A stretch of DNA of 64,000 nt from Leptogorgia sarmentosa (lineage: Eukaryota), in the NCBI GenBank assembly GCA_964658305.1, contig OZ210885.1, positions 1,612,001 through 1,676,000 of the forward strand, given 5' to 3'. Position numbers and translations under genes: made by a program. The notes beneath the pieces are model-generated. The model made no database searches and had not been told where the DNA came from. It worked only from the letters and a program-made list of their open reading frames with translations. The stretch's first letter is position 1; every line of letters begins with the position of its first letter. Positions 39,001-52,170 of this stretch are shown one piece after another.

Positions 39001-42000
39001 ATAAATAATTTGTAGTTTCCTTGTTTCCTTAATAGTTCATAAACTTGTGTAATTTATAGCTTTGCACGGCGAATAATAATTGTAGATATTTTTTATGGAT
39101 ACACCATGTTTATTTTTATTAGAGATCTTTAAAAAATCTTTATTAAAGGTTTTTAATGAAATCAACATGGTGTGCCCATAAATACATGATCTACAGTTCA
39201 TAAACTTGTTTTACAATTTCTACTTATCCAACGTTTTAGCTAAACGCCTTTGATACACCTCAGGTGATCTGAATGCGACTGAGTGTTGATTAATTGTTTA
39301 GGAACTTTTCTTTCGATGAATGTCATGTCGAAGGTGCTCGTACCATTGCTCGTGCTGCAAAACAAGCTGGAGTTCAACGTTTGATTCACGTTTCTGCATT
39401 GAATGCCTGTGAAGATTCACCATCGCAGTTTCTACAATCCAAGGTAATTCAAAGAAAAGTTCGCTAAGAGGTTTTGTGGGGAATGAATCTTTTAGCTATA
39501 TCTTAATTAAATAAGTGTTGACCCCTGGACCCTGTGTGACACCGTCTGTATAACCTATGTTTAAATATGCTGATAAAGCGCATAAAATGCCGTTTATATA
39601 TCGGTCAATCTCGACAAATTCGTGATGAACGATTAAGAATTTATAGCGACTGTCGTGCATACTTGCCTGCTTAAATTTCTTCGCAAAGATTATGTAAAAA
39701 CATCCCACGTGAAATTTTGCTTATAACACCCGCGCAGCTGTGATTGGTCAGTTGCTTCGCGGCAATATAGTTTTTTTAAAATTTTATTAATATTATTTTA
39801 AACATCATCATTTTAAACAACTGTTTCCGCAGTTTCAATTTTAAAAATGCTGTTGGTCTAATGTCTTCTCAAAAACTTCGCACAATCTTTGGCCCTATTT
39901 GATGTTGTTATTTGTCACTTACGCTGGCCACATATCGAAGTTCATTAAATCATTTACATTTTGTTTTCTTATGTTTTAGGCTCGGGGTGAACAAGCAGTC
40001 AGAGAAGAATTCCCTGACGCAATAATTCTTCGACCTTCTGATATTTATGGTCATGAAGACAAGTATTTTAACTATTACTCTTGTAAGTTTGCTTTTATGG
40101 ATCTATATTCAGATTATTTCAAAGTGGATTGACCCTAAGAGGAGTGGATAATCTGAAAGTTAATACAATTCTCACTGAGCTTACGTGGATGTGTAAATTC
40201 GGTCGTTCAATGAATACATATGCACATGTATTTAGGAAAAACAACAGCACACGTCGCCAACGTACTTCAGGATAACGAACATGTGCAGGAATTATAATCT
40301 CACTACCTAAATGATAAAACAGATTCCACGTTTAGGCCGAACGGCCTTCGTCGAGAATTAGTACTACTCACTCTACTAATCCCCGACGAAGGCCCTTCGG
40401 TCGAAACGTCGAATCAGTTTTATCGTTTAGGTAGTGAGATTATCCTTCCTGCACATGTATTTAGGCTTGTTTCCTGTTTTGAGTTAACCAATTGCAATCG
40501 TGGCCAGTGTAGGTAGCGTTTCACAACATCACTCAGCAGCAAGATTTTTTTACTTACTACGTAAACGTAAACGATACAATAAGATTTGACGTTTCTAGCG
40601 AAGGCCCTTTGTCAATACTAATTTCCGACGAAGGCTCTTCGTCACTGCCAATTCCCGAGGGCGAGTGCAGATCGCACGACCTTTTGTTTCCAAGTAGAAA
40701 AAGTCTTAGTTGTTCCAGATTTCATAAGTCTTTGTATAAGTTCACGGATGTAATTATGATGGAGTCAGTTATGTTAATGTTACTTGTTCTAGATTTCCGA
40801 AATATTCCCTTCGGCATTCCTTTGATTGATGGCGGTATGAGCACCAGAAAGAGACCAATCTTCGTAAGTAATTATTTTCCTGTTGCCCACATTACTTATT
40901 TTAGCCCAATTCTATCTCCGAGAAAGTATGTTTTCGGAGTATGTTTTCCCTTATATTTCGCAAAATTGCCTGCTGGAAAAGATTTTCAGGTGCTACTTTC
41001 TCTTACGTTGTGTATGAGTGAATGAAGGCCTGTTTACACCACCTGTACACGACCACGTTACTCTTGGTGGATGTGAATGAGTAAGGCGGTTACGAATATT
41101 TACGTGAGGAAGCATGCGCTCACCACATTCATTATTAATCCACTCGTTCACATCCATCAAAAGGAGGGAATCGCAGCAAAAAATCGCTCCAATAATATAT
41201 CTTAGTCAGCCCAATTTATATTTCCATGCACATTGTATTACCAACATTAATTAAAGTTGTAGAAATCCAACGTAGTGAGACATTGTCTGTTAGTTCGAGG
41301 AAAGGGTCACATTGGGTTTTTATTCGTCCTGTATAATATAGAGCGGGAAAATATTTTAAGTTAACCTTATTCTTCATTGTCGGATTTAGGTCGCAGACGT
41401 TGCCAAGGCAACAGTGAATGCAATATATGAAGGAAAACCTGGCAGTACATATGAACTGTTTGGGTGAGTATAATTTTCTTCAGATGAGATAGTCTAAAGT
41501 CTATAAGAGAAACGTTTTTCCACAACGATATAACTTTGTCTCGAGACTTCACACAAGCCGTGTTCTTGCTGTTTTAAGTTGAAGTCTGATTTGTACTGTA
41601 CGATACAGATTTGCATCGGAGTGCAATCAACATCAACGAGGTTCAGATTTGACTTCCACTACCACAACCGCTACCATTAAGAGACCATGAACCAATCAGA
41701 TTCTTCAAGTCTGTTCGGTTAACCAATCACATTCGCGATAGGTCAGCGTATGGTTGCGGTAGCGGTAGTCAAATCTGAACCTCGCTATCAACAAGTGGCA
41801 TTACCAGTTTTTTCGGTTCGTAGACGATTTCATATTTGCAGTTTCTGTTCATTTCTTTTGCATTGTCATAATTTTAAGTGGCAAATCCTCTCTAAAATAG
41901 CAAATTTGAAAAAGTCCCGTTCGTGTAAATGGGGCGTAGCTGAAACTGTATTCTCATCAGCATTGTTTGTTTACAGGCCTAAAGAATACTATCTTTATGA

Positions 42001-43342
42001 TTTGTTGGATTACATTTACCGAATGAATCGTCGAAAGTTCAGATATTACACTCTTCCTCGACCTTTGTACAAGTAAGACTAATTCGTGGAGACGGGAGCT
42101 TATGTTTTTCTCTAGTGGGCGGAATGGAATGAAGTTGCTCCTCCGATTACTCACAAAATATATTTAGATTTTTGGAATGGAGAACCCTAATTGCCTCCCC
42201 GTATTTCAGTTTATTTACGTTCCTAAAGAATATCAAGCGTGATGAGAAACCCTTGCTCCCAAAAACGCCGGAAGATCAATAATTGGGGAGGGGGGACATA
42301 TTAGAATATTCCTGGTCGCAGGCTAAAAAAATCGATTTCAAAAGAAATTACTTAGGCAGAACACGAATACATGAATCTTGCTCCTTACCTGCACCGGCCA
42401 CATATTGAAGTCTGGATCTTTCTAATACTTTAATGTAATTATTTTAGCATCGCAGCCTGGGCAGCTGAACAAAGTATTTTTGATCCTCGTCTGACACGGG
42501 ATATGTTATTTAGGGTACGTAATGTAATCTTGAATCATCAAACTAATTAGCGGAACTGCAGACCGCGGAACTGCAGACTTCGGAACTTGCGGAACTCATT
42601 AATTTCACCTTTTTTATAGTATCTAGAGTATTTCTTTCTGTACCACTAAGGTTTAACAATTCAGCCTCGTTTTCGAATTTACTAGCATAAGCTTTCCGAA
42701 GGGTGTATTAGCAAAACTTGGCCCTTTCTCGATATGTGAGCAACCAAAATAGGTCAGGGTCAGATTAGTGGTTTGGATCAAGGTTATTTTACCGAAATAT
42801 AAATACAGTGAATAACCTTGATCCAAACCACTAATCTGACCCTGACCTATTTTGGTTGCTCACATACCGAGAAAGGGCCAAGTTTTGCTAATACACCCTT
42901 CGGAAAGCTTATGCTAGTAAATTCGAAAGCGAGGCTGAATTGTTAAACCTTAGTGATACAGAAAGTAATACTCTAAATACTATAAAAAAGTGAAATTAAT
43001 GAGTTCCGCAAGTTCCGCGGTCTGCAGTTCCGCTAATTAGTCATACCTTGATGAAAGGAGGAAATCGCAACCAAAAATCGCTCGTGTCAACGGCTTTAGT
43101 TTACTTCTACGCACCCTTTTATATTATTGCTCTATTATATGTAATATATATGTTGATAATTCTAGCAATTCAACACAGATGAATTTACTGAAGGTTTGCC
43201 AAGACTAGAAGATCTAGGAGTTGAGCCCACAGCTGTAGACACAGCGGCAATCACTGTGCTACGACGTCATCGTGATTTATGGACATTTGAAGAAGCTTTA
43301 GATGAAGAGGAAATATGTAAACCAACAAGTGCTTATACATAA
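36040..43342 (+). CDS. NDUFA9: NADH dehydrogenase [ubiquinone] 1 alpha subcomplex subunit 9; exons 36040-36088, 36607-36659, 37005-37122, 37773-37870, 38320-38411, 39302-39442, 39980-40082, 40793-40863, 41390-41463, 41977-42072, 42448-42514, 43166-43342
   Basis: [100 protein letters not shown]. All junctions are in phase. Confidence 0.95.
40280..40457. repeat. Inverted repeat of a Penelope-like terminal fragment (degenerate hammerhead-like core)
   Basis: Arms 40280-40360 and 40375-40457 are inversely complementary; core CCGACGAAGGCCCTTCGGTCGAAACGTC. Confidence 0.5.
42542..43041. mobile_element. ~500-bp near-perfect palindromic (foldback) element in the last NDUFA9 intron
   Basis: ACTAATTAGCGGAACTGCAGACCGCGG... 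inverse ...CCGCGGTCTGCAGTTCCGCTAATTAGT; loop about 42790-42810; TSD not evident. Confidence 0.8.
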
Positions 43343-43665
43343 GTGCACATGCTCTGTAATAATGTAAATCTGTTATATTCCTAATGTTCTCAATGTTCAC
43401 CAATGTTTAAAAAGAAAATTTATTTTGAAACTTTTACAATTTTACTGCTGGGACTAATCAGGGTCCGAGTTTGCTGGGCAATGGAAATGCTGAATTGCCT
43501 GTTTTGGCATTATTCTGGCCACCAAACTCCAATAGCGGGACATGACGCACTGCTAAGTTGCCCTTCTGTTTATTTTCCACAACTCTACGGTAACATTATA
43601 TAGGTCAGTGATCTTGCACTGGGAAACATGAAATTGCTTGTAGTTTCCCCTGCGTTTTGATTATA

Positions 43666-43860
43666 CACGGTGTTCCAAGAAAATGTCCCCTCTTAGAAAT
43701 CAGACGTAATCAGAATATTTATAACGTCCTGGTCAAGAAGTCATAATTATTCCGCCATTCATGTACAAGTCAATTCAAATCCCAAAGGTGACACAACGAA
43801 CGTTCACAACAAAACGTATGATTTTCAATAGAGGGGACATTTTTTGGGACGTACACCCTG
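43666..43860. mobile_element. Tc1/mariner-type MITE
   Basis: TA|CACGGTGTTCCAAGAAAATGTCCCCTCT ... AGAGGGGACATTTTTTGGGAC..CACCCTG|TA. Confidence 0.7.
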
Positions 43861-43960
43861 TAATGTAGTGGTAGTGGCACAGGCACGTGAGGTATGCTAT
43901 GTTCAGACCTGATCTATTTATCGAGGGGCGCGGAAATGGTATACATTGCGCCATTAATGA

Positions 43961-43976
43961 AGGTCAATCAAGGTGA
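43961..43976 (+). promoter_or_regulatory. DR4-type nuclear receptor element AGGTCA-ATCA-AGGTGA
   Basis: Identical 16-mer at 62551-62566; near-identical at 44239-44254. Confidence 0.45.
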
Positions 43977-44238
43977 GTAAGATGATCAAGTGACCTCGAT
44001 CCATCCTTTGTATACATCATCAGTAAACAATTTTGATGATGATTAAACAAGGTTAGAGAATTATTAAAATGATTATTATTATCTGGCCAGAAAACGCAGA
44101 GAGGCAGGGTTTTATGTATATTCTCAAATATGGCCACAGAAGAATAGATAGAGCAACATGTCCTATTTTACGCTTTGATTTGCACTGGCATGAAAGTCAT
44201 TCAAGGGGAACCAACTTGTATACAATTTTGAAGAATGA

Positions 44239-44254
44239 AGGTCAATGAAGGTGA
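44239..44254 (+). promoter_or_regulatory. DR4-type element AGGTCA-ATGA-AGGTGA
   Basis: One mismatch to the 43961 and 62551 copies. Confidence 0.45.
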
Positions 44255-44632
44255 CTCAAGACAACCGAGTCTTGTTTGGGAAAAGAATGCAATGATTTAC
44301 TTTGTGCATATCACACCATTCACCCGTTTCGCCAGAATCTATATACTATAATAACTAAAAGATTAGTGTCAGGCGGCACTTATTATACTAGGCAGGTGAC
44401 TAATCTCATCCAATCTCAACCACTCCATTCTGGCATGTTACCCGGCCCAGTCCTAAAATAGGTGTTCGTTAAAAAACATGGCGGCTGCGAAGGGGTGAGT
44501 TGTAGTCACTGGTTTAGTGTTGACATTATTAACGAATGAAACTGCATCTTATGCTTGTAAAGGTCGGTTACAATTTTTGAAATTAACTTAATGCTGATTT
44601 TGTACATAGCAAAAATATTATAAGGTTCATAG

Positions 44633-47600
44633 ATGAGCAGGCGGCGGAATGTGAAGCGACGTTTGCCGTCGATAGAAATTGTGTCGTTCGAGGGTTCTTC
44701 AAACATTACAAAACGGAGAGTTACGCTATCTACGCCTGATGTTATTCAGCCGGTTGAAGCGAGTGACTTTGTATCCGAGCATTCTGCAGAAGTACATCCA
44801 ATTCAACCGCTCATTATGGCAATAAATGATGGGAATGAGGGTGATGATGAAGACGATTCCGAAGATGACCAGCCTGCAGAAGTCAGTAATTATAAAAGAA
44901 AACAACAAAGCTCCGCTAAGGGCTGGGAGAACATTCGTGACTCCATGTTACAAGCCGTTATTGAATCTGAGTTGATTTCAGATGGTTGTCTTTGCGCTGA
45001 ATGCCATACAGGTACTGCAGTGTTTCGTTGTCGAAAATGTGGAACTGGTATTTTCTATTGTGAAACATGTGTGAGTAGTGTTCATAGCAAGAAGAATGTC
45101 TTTCATGAAGTTGAGGAGTGGAAGGCAAGTTTAATTTGCTTCTTTATAATGAAACAAGTCGGAGGTGTTCTGAAATGGCATGCAATGCATTGTGTGTATT
45201 GATCTAGCCATTCCAAGTGTCTTTGGGTGTTTAGGTGTCATAACACCATATTGTTTATTTGTGTAATTTTTGTATGTTTCGTGATACCTCCAGTAAAATT
45301 CTAAAAAGTTGCTATGGCAATCCTGGGTTAAGGGCTAAGGGTTCTGTTAAGGTATTCTGTAGTTCCTCCCACCTGCTAGCAGCTAGAACATAAAGTTAAT
45401 TTAATGGGTGCAATTACAGAACATTTGAAGCACATACCTTGTATGAATATTTATTTAATTGTGTACTTCAATAATTCTAACAGGATGGAATGTTTCAGCC
45501 AAGTGTGATCATTGGTAACTTGTTAAACCCTCGCCCTTCGCATGTTTGCCAAACATTTGAAACCAAATCAATTACTGTTATTGGAGAAAGTGGTGAGTAA
45601 ATAAATTATTTTCCATATTTTACTTACTGTACAGTGGAAAGTTTTTTTACTCTATTTAGCTACCAGTCTTACATGTAGTTGAAACTTGACAAACTAAGTC
45701 ATAATCATACCCTTAGTGTAAGAGCATTAGTATGAGCAGATTTAATCAACCTTTTTAACCATGTTGCTGTAATGCACAGTGCTGCATTGCTCTGTAATTG
45801 GTTAATGACTTCTTACATTTATAAAAATTATCAATTGTACTATTGTATAATTACCTGACTTGTGTTTTATTGATCAGTATGTTATCTGTTATTAGTATGG
45901 TACATATAACATATCACTAACAATAAAATAAGGGAGTTTGCTGTACACAGTTGCCACATTCTAGCAATTTTGTCAACATTTTTAGTGATTGATAAGCAAT
46001 CAATTTACAAATGACCTGCATCATTCTGCAATTCTACATCTTTTCAAGATTTGCAATGATAACTCAATAATCAGTTGCCGAATGATAAAACCCAAGGTTG
46101 CCTAAAATAAATAGCACTTTATAAATTATATTCATATGAAATCAAATTAATTTTGCAATTTTCTGGATTTTTGAAGAATTCTAACTAATAATTGTGCTAG
46201 TATGTTGGCTACACTGTGCTGATGAGCCCCAATTAGGGCGAAACAGCTTCAGGTTATTTCCAATAGTTACAGTTACAACTGAGTAATTTTATAAAATACT
46301 GATGATGACTGCAAGCTAGTTGAAACGTTGAAGAATCAAAATGAAAACCTTTTTCGGAGTGTCCATTGTTCTGTACAGTATTTTATTTCCAATATTTGGT
46401 TTATTTTCCAATTGTGGAAAAAACTACACACCACAAAAATTTGACAAAGTAATAGGTTTATATATACAAGTAATGTCATTGAAAGGAAGGCTTGCTGTCT
46501 TGTGGTAGGCTTGTTGCTATGTGTTATGGTTGGTGCTAACATTGAGATTGGGATAAGGAATCCGATAGAAGGTTGAGATCAGCTTCTAGACATTAGAACC
46601 TCATTTCAGAACTATGATACAGATCTAATTGGTGAGGTACTGAACAGACTTCTAGTTAAGTGTCTACAATAAATACTGTAATATCCAGTAAATATTTGTT
46701 TATTTTCATGCGGTATTGTGATTAGTATTTTTCCACGCAGGAATTGAACATCATCTTGATGTAGTGTCTTGCAAATGCGAACCATTATCTGTGACTTTAT
46801 CAAGATTACGACTTTGGCCCACAAGTTCTAAACAACCGTCATACGCACTGACTTTTGATCTGCTAGACTGGATGGAGGCAATGTTACTAGAATGTCAAGT
46901 CTCTTTAAATGACTTTTGCAAAGCGTTGAATTATAAACTGCCACCGTATGTTATTGTAAGTAAAAATTTAATGCATACATGCAGACAGAATGCCAAAATT
47001 ATTTTCTGAAACAGCATTTTCATTATTAAATTATTATTTATCTAGCGAAAAAACATTTACCCACGTATCATTGATTGCTTTGAAGAGTACAGGTGACCTC
47101 AATATCTAATTCTTTTATTAATTTAAGAGAAAATAATATAATCGATAGGGGCTAGCTTGCTAGCTTTTCTTGCCCGGTCATGCCGTTCCTGATGCGTATA
47201 GAGCTTAGCCTTAGGCAGACCATATGGACTATCATTTCAGTTGCATCGTTATATTACTGGCAAACGAACACCGTTATTAATATACACTTGCTGGTGCGAA
47301 CTCGCTCGCTTTTAATAATATTAATTGTCTTTATATAGTCTTAGTTTTCGAATGCAGTAAAAAAGAATCTCTAATATCTTCTCTAAAAAAAGAATATCTT
47401 TTTGAAAGCACTGCATGTGCAACGAAGGCACGAAGCATATATATACATAATCATCCCGGTTATCCCTACTCATCATCCTGGGCCTGGATATTATATTTGC
47501 ATAGGATTTCCATTGGAGTCGAATGGCAACTCTAGTTAACAACCGTCTGATTCCAATTGCGGATCTACATTATTTTGTGTAGATATTTCAAACATAGGCT

Positions 47601-50600
47601 GAGGACTCTCCAGTGCGTTTGTCCAGAAAGGGATTATGGCAATGTTTGTCCTGCTTGTATGCAATAATTTATGATAACAAAGAATTTTTAGCAGCATTTA
47701 AGTGTGCAAATGTGATAGTATTTGTGTAACACCGTGTGCTGTATTGGAAAAGTTGATAAAATTTCAGCGATATTGAATGATATGGTATCACATGTTAGTC
47801 GACGAAATTTTTGCTGACAGTGAATGCATTGCTTTTCGACTATGAACGATGTTATCCACATACAGTATGCGGGTTTCTGACCATATCCCGTCTAGATTTT
47901 CTTTCATTTTCAATTCCTAATTTGAAAGATTGAAAATGAAAGAAAATGGATTGAACTCTTGCAAAAGTAAATCGTCGTCATAATCATAATGTTTCGATGA
48001 TCAAATTCAACAGAATTTGTTATTTCAAGTTGATCAAAAATTTACCTTCAGTCTTGACGCAAGTTGCTTTATTCTGTAGGACCAGGGTGTACTCATCGAG
48101 TCCTTTGATGCCCTATTTGGTCTTCCCAGAAAGAAAAGTGCTGGAAGTAGCGTGCGGGAGCCGTTGCATGGTGAAAGCATTTTTAATAGGCAAAGTGATG
48201 TAGACGATTTTATTGCTAACTATCCAAGAAAGCAGACAACCGAAAAGGTTTTTATGTACATATTGAAAGTAACCAAATGCATGCTAATGGGAAGTTGTAT
48301 TAAATATTTAAAATGCAATTTTGTCATTAATATATTATATTTTATGCACCTCATTCAGTACAGATGTTGATGTGCAAAACGTCTATATTCACTGTGGTTT
48401 TATTATAGGAATGCAGTGATTTTAAAGCCGGTGATATTTTACGTTCAGCAACCCAGTATAAAGCTTTGGATGAAACAGCAGTTTTTGGAAGCGCTTGCAG
48501 ACATGGATTTCCTAAGCAATTTCTTAACTTGAAGCACGGAGAAAGGTTAACTTATATTCGTTAACATGTGCATGTTATATTTTTACTGCTTGCCATTGTA
48601 ATGCTCCTTGTCTATCATTACGTCACAAATACCTTTTGGTCAGAGAGCATTGCTTTCATTAGACAATGAGGGTCTCCTGGCCGAATGACATACAGTACAT
48701 ACTGTAATTGTCAAAGAGTGTAATATATTTCATGTCAGTTTAAACTTACTGCGGCAAGCATGTACGAGAGTTAGCTGCATGATAGTATTTCGTGAATCTT
48801 GAACTTAATTGTGTAGGGAGTATCCAAATGAATTACTGTAGTCGTGTGTGCACCTTAGCCTGAGACGAAAAACATAAAGAAACCTTGCATGGCTGAATAT
48901 TAAGTTATGTGAAATTGCAGATTGGGGCGTTACTTTACTAACTAGAATAAAGGACCCCGGTTGAGTTCATTACTGCTTGTGAAGTGTATACACAACTGTT
49001 AGAGGTTGTCCTATGTATAAATTGTATAAATTAACCTACTACATCCATTTTTGCTTCATAATTTCAGAATTGGTTATGCAGTTTGGCTTATCAAGAAAAT
49101 AGCTAGAGAAAACGAAGGAAAGAATGTAGAAATAAAAATAATGTATGACATTGCTTGTTTGCTGAAAAAGCATTTGAGGGTAATTTTTCCATCATATATA
49201 CGTATTATGAATCTATTTTGTCAACTTTAATTCGATAAATATTGTAAGCTGTGTGCTTTCATTTATAGGCATGTGGCCAAGAAAATTTGCTTGAAAACGT
49301 AACTCTGGCCGTCCCTGCGTTTCACATTTATGGTCACAGAGGTTTTTGTCAGGTAATATGCATCCGGCACGACTACCAAAAATCATGATTTCTAGTCAGT
49401 AATATAATGAGTGGTGACGTACTTCAACTTTTCAGTTTTCAACTTTTCATATTTTAATTTTTACATATAGCTCCAACATAGCCCAAGACGAGTGTTGGGT
49501 TTTGGTTTGTCTGATGGAGAGCAGCTTGAACGTTTGTGGTCTTATCTTCGTCGATTTGGCAAGATGACAAAAGAAATGCGACCATCACATAGGATTGATG
49601 TTTTGAGCGACGCACTTCTCCATTATTCTCAACAATGCAAGGACAATCTGGGTAGGAATAAAAGCACTTTGACTATAATTTTTCATGATTGTCCCGTCCT
49701 AATAATTATCGATAAATAATTCTTAACATATTCTGTAATAACAGATGAAAACCTGCAGTATACTTTTATCGTATTGACCCAACTCCAATTAACATCCTGT
49801 GAAATAGCTGTACAATTATATATTTGCGATATACCTGAATGGCAATGTTCTTTTCGTGTAGTTCCAAAGTTGATTAAAAGAAGGAAAAGGGCAAGTGATT
49901 GCATAAAAGCAAGTAGCGAAAGTCTTTTGGAGCTATCTACGAACTCGCCTGGTAATGTACAATTGCATTGATATGATTTGTAATATTATTTCTAATTATA
50001 TCTAGTAAACGATAGGTACGGTATTAACTACATGCATGATATAATTTAATGTTGCGCGATTGTATATTATAGTGGCATTAACAGAGCCTGTCGTACAACA
50101 ATTAGCAGAAGCTGAACGTAGACGTATATGTGGTGAACAAGGAGGTATAGAAAAAGCTATTTAATTTACTTTTGTGGCCCTTTTTCGATGTATGAGCAAC
50201 CGAAATAGGTTATGGTTAGAATTGGACTTTAGGTCAAGGTTATTTTCTATGTATATTTATATTTCGGCTACTCATATATATCAGAGTAAGCGTCCGTTCT
50301 TTGAAGATATAATACGTATGTTTAGTCTAAGTTCATCTGCTTTCAATTTTCTCCCAAAACCTTCAGTATAAATACTGTAAATCGTTTTGTGTCATTTTTC
50401 TTCGTTATTATATATAACGTCTTGGCTATAGGATCGACTGAAGACACTAACCGAAGCGTCGCAGCAGAACTTCAAATGTGGACATCGACTTATGTGGACA
50501 AGTTGAAAGTTTATTATTCGTTGAGGTATATATAGTACTCTGGTTCATAATGCGACATGCCACAAAATTAATATTTTCTTTTCTTTTCCTCTCCATGATG

Positions 50601-51701
50601 TTCAGGTTATTCTTAGTAAGACTGCTAATTTATGTGAACTATCTATAAAGTGATGGTTGTTCTTTCTAAATATAGAAACAACTTATGCGCAGAAGGATCA
50701 GTCGAAAATGAGCAAATACCAGATGTTGTGAAACGAATTTCGAAGTAATTTATAACAACATTAATTTTACATTGGATATGTTTTAGCAGCACGTGACTGT
50801 AAAATTATCTTATTTAACATGTTTTAGACTTGATAAAGACTTGGTTGCTGTTGAAAAGGCTAACCTAGTTGATGTTCGTTGGACGCCAAGCGATCAACAA
50901 TACAAAGCAGCATTGCAAATACAAGTGGTTGCCAAATGCAAACAACTTGTTGAAAAAATGAAACCCCTGTCCCAAGAACGCCAATTTTTGTTAAAACTGA
51001 AAGAGAAATATTCTGGTAACATGTTTACTGCATGCCTGTGTATATATGCGCATCTGCGTGAAATTACTTTTTATCAATTAATATAACATACAAATGTATT
51101 ACCTCATGCATTTTTGTTTCCAGATGGTCATGCTTTATCAAAAAAACTTGCTAAACAAGTAAAGAATTGTACCAAGAAATTAAAAGAAATGTTGACGCAA
51201 TATAACTCTTCCCGTGATTCTCTATCCGTCGAAAACAGACGTAAATTTAAAGAACTGAAAGTTGGTGACCTTTCAACAGAACTAACTGGATTGTTCCCTG
51301 CTGGTCAAGATGTCCAAATCCCCTACTCTGTTCAACGTCAAGCCATTGATATGCTTCATCTTTTGAAAAGAAGTGAAGAGGAGATAAAACTAGTCGAGCA
51401 AGAGATGACACGTGTATTTTCGTACTACAAAAATGAGGAGTGCAAACTGTCGGAACGCATAGAACAACTTTCCTCTGACAACTGTTCTCTATACGCTCTT
51501 GGTTCAATTTCATTGCTCAAATCGGAACAGAAAATTCTCCAAAATCGTCTTCTCTCGATGCATTCCTCACTCAAAACTTACATACCACTCGAAAATATTA
51601 AATTCAGCATTCCTGCGCCAAATAACAGCACACCTGTCGACTGCGACGACAAATCAAGTGAGTCTTGTGCAGAGGAAACCTCAGCCGACGATTCTGACTA
51701 G
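44633..51701 (+). CDS. KDZ DDE transposase with N-terminal CxC cysteine cluster; exons 44633-45124, 45484-45592, 46741-46955, 47046-47092, 47583-~47656, 48080-48247, 48409-48545, 49068-49179, 49269-49352, 49471-49651, 49862-49951, 50073-50144, 50432-50525, 50676-50744, 50828-51015, 51124-51701 (exon 5 end defective)
   Basis: CAECH..CRKC..CETC..H; SCKC..LWPTS..PSYALTFDLL; CPAC; SFDALFGL; LDETAVFGSACRHG..LKHGER; MYDIAC; VPAFHIYGH..CQ; GFGLSDGEQLERLWSYL..RIDVL. These are the KDZ signature motifs with a D-D-E triad. Confidence 0.88.
46219..46330 (+). ncRNA. Two tandem minimal hammerhead-ribozyme-like motifs (Penelope/retrozyme type), probably degenerate
   Basis: CTGATGAG-CCC-CAATTA-GGG-CGAAAC at 46219-46244; CTGATGA-TGACT..AGTT-GAAACG at 46299-46327. 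Confidence 0.45.
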
Positions 51702-52170
51702 GGACAATAACTTTTTCAGCAATAATTGTTGCATTATTTTTCACACGGATATCTAAGTTACATTACCAAAACTGCGAATGCCTTCTTCAGGAATGCGACT
51801 ACATGTTGCCATACGGCCTGTTCACACTTCATACTACATTGTAAAATCGATCTCCGATCGGTCTGGGACAAAGCATGCCAAGTGTGAACTGTCGCCGAAA
51901 ACTTCGGATCGATCTCACATCGATCTCAGTTAGCTGGCTTGAAGAGGCGGTCTGAGATCGATTTGAGATCCATCTCGCAAAATAAAAGATGTTGCAGTGT
52001 AATGTGGTCGCATATTCGCATTAAACTTCAACCACAAAAGAATAACCACATATAGTTTGTGCAAATGGTTTTTTAGTTCCATTTTAGCACATTAATATTT
52101 TCCTAAACTTTCATGCAACATAATTATGGTAAGCACGATTAAGATGTCAATTGTATCAATAAAATTTTAT

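Noticed and set aside
44313..44321. 8-bp TSD for the KDZ element
   Set aside because: Extending either way mismatches (A vs G on the left, C vs T on the right); only CACCATT (7 bp) is duplicated.
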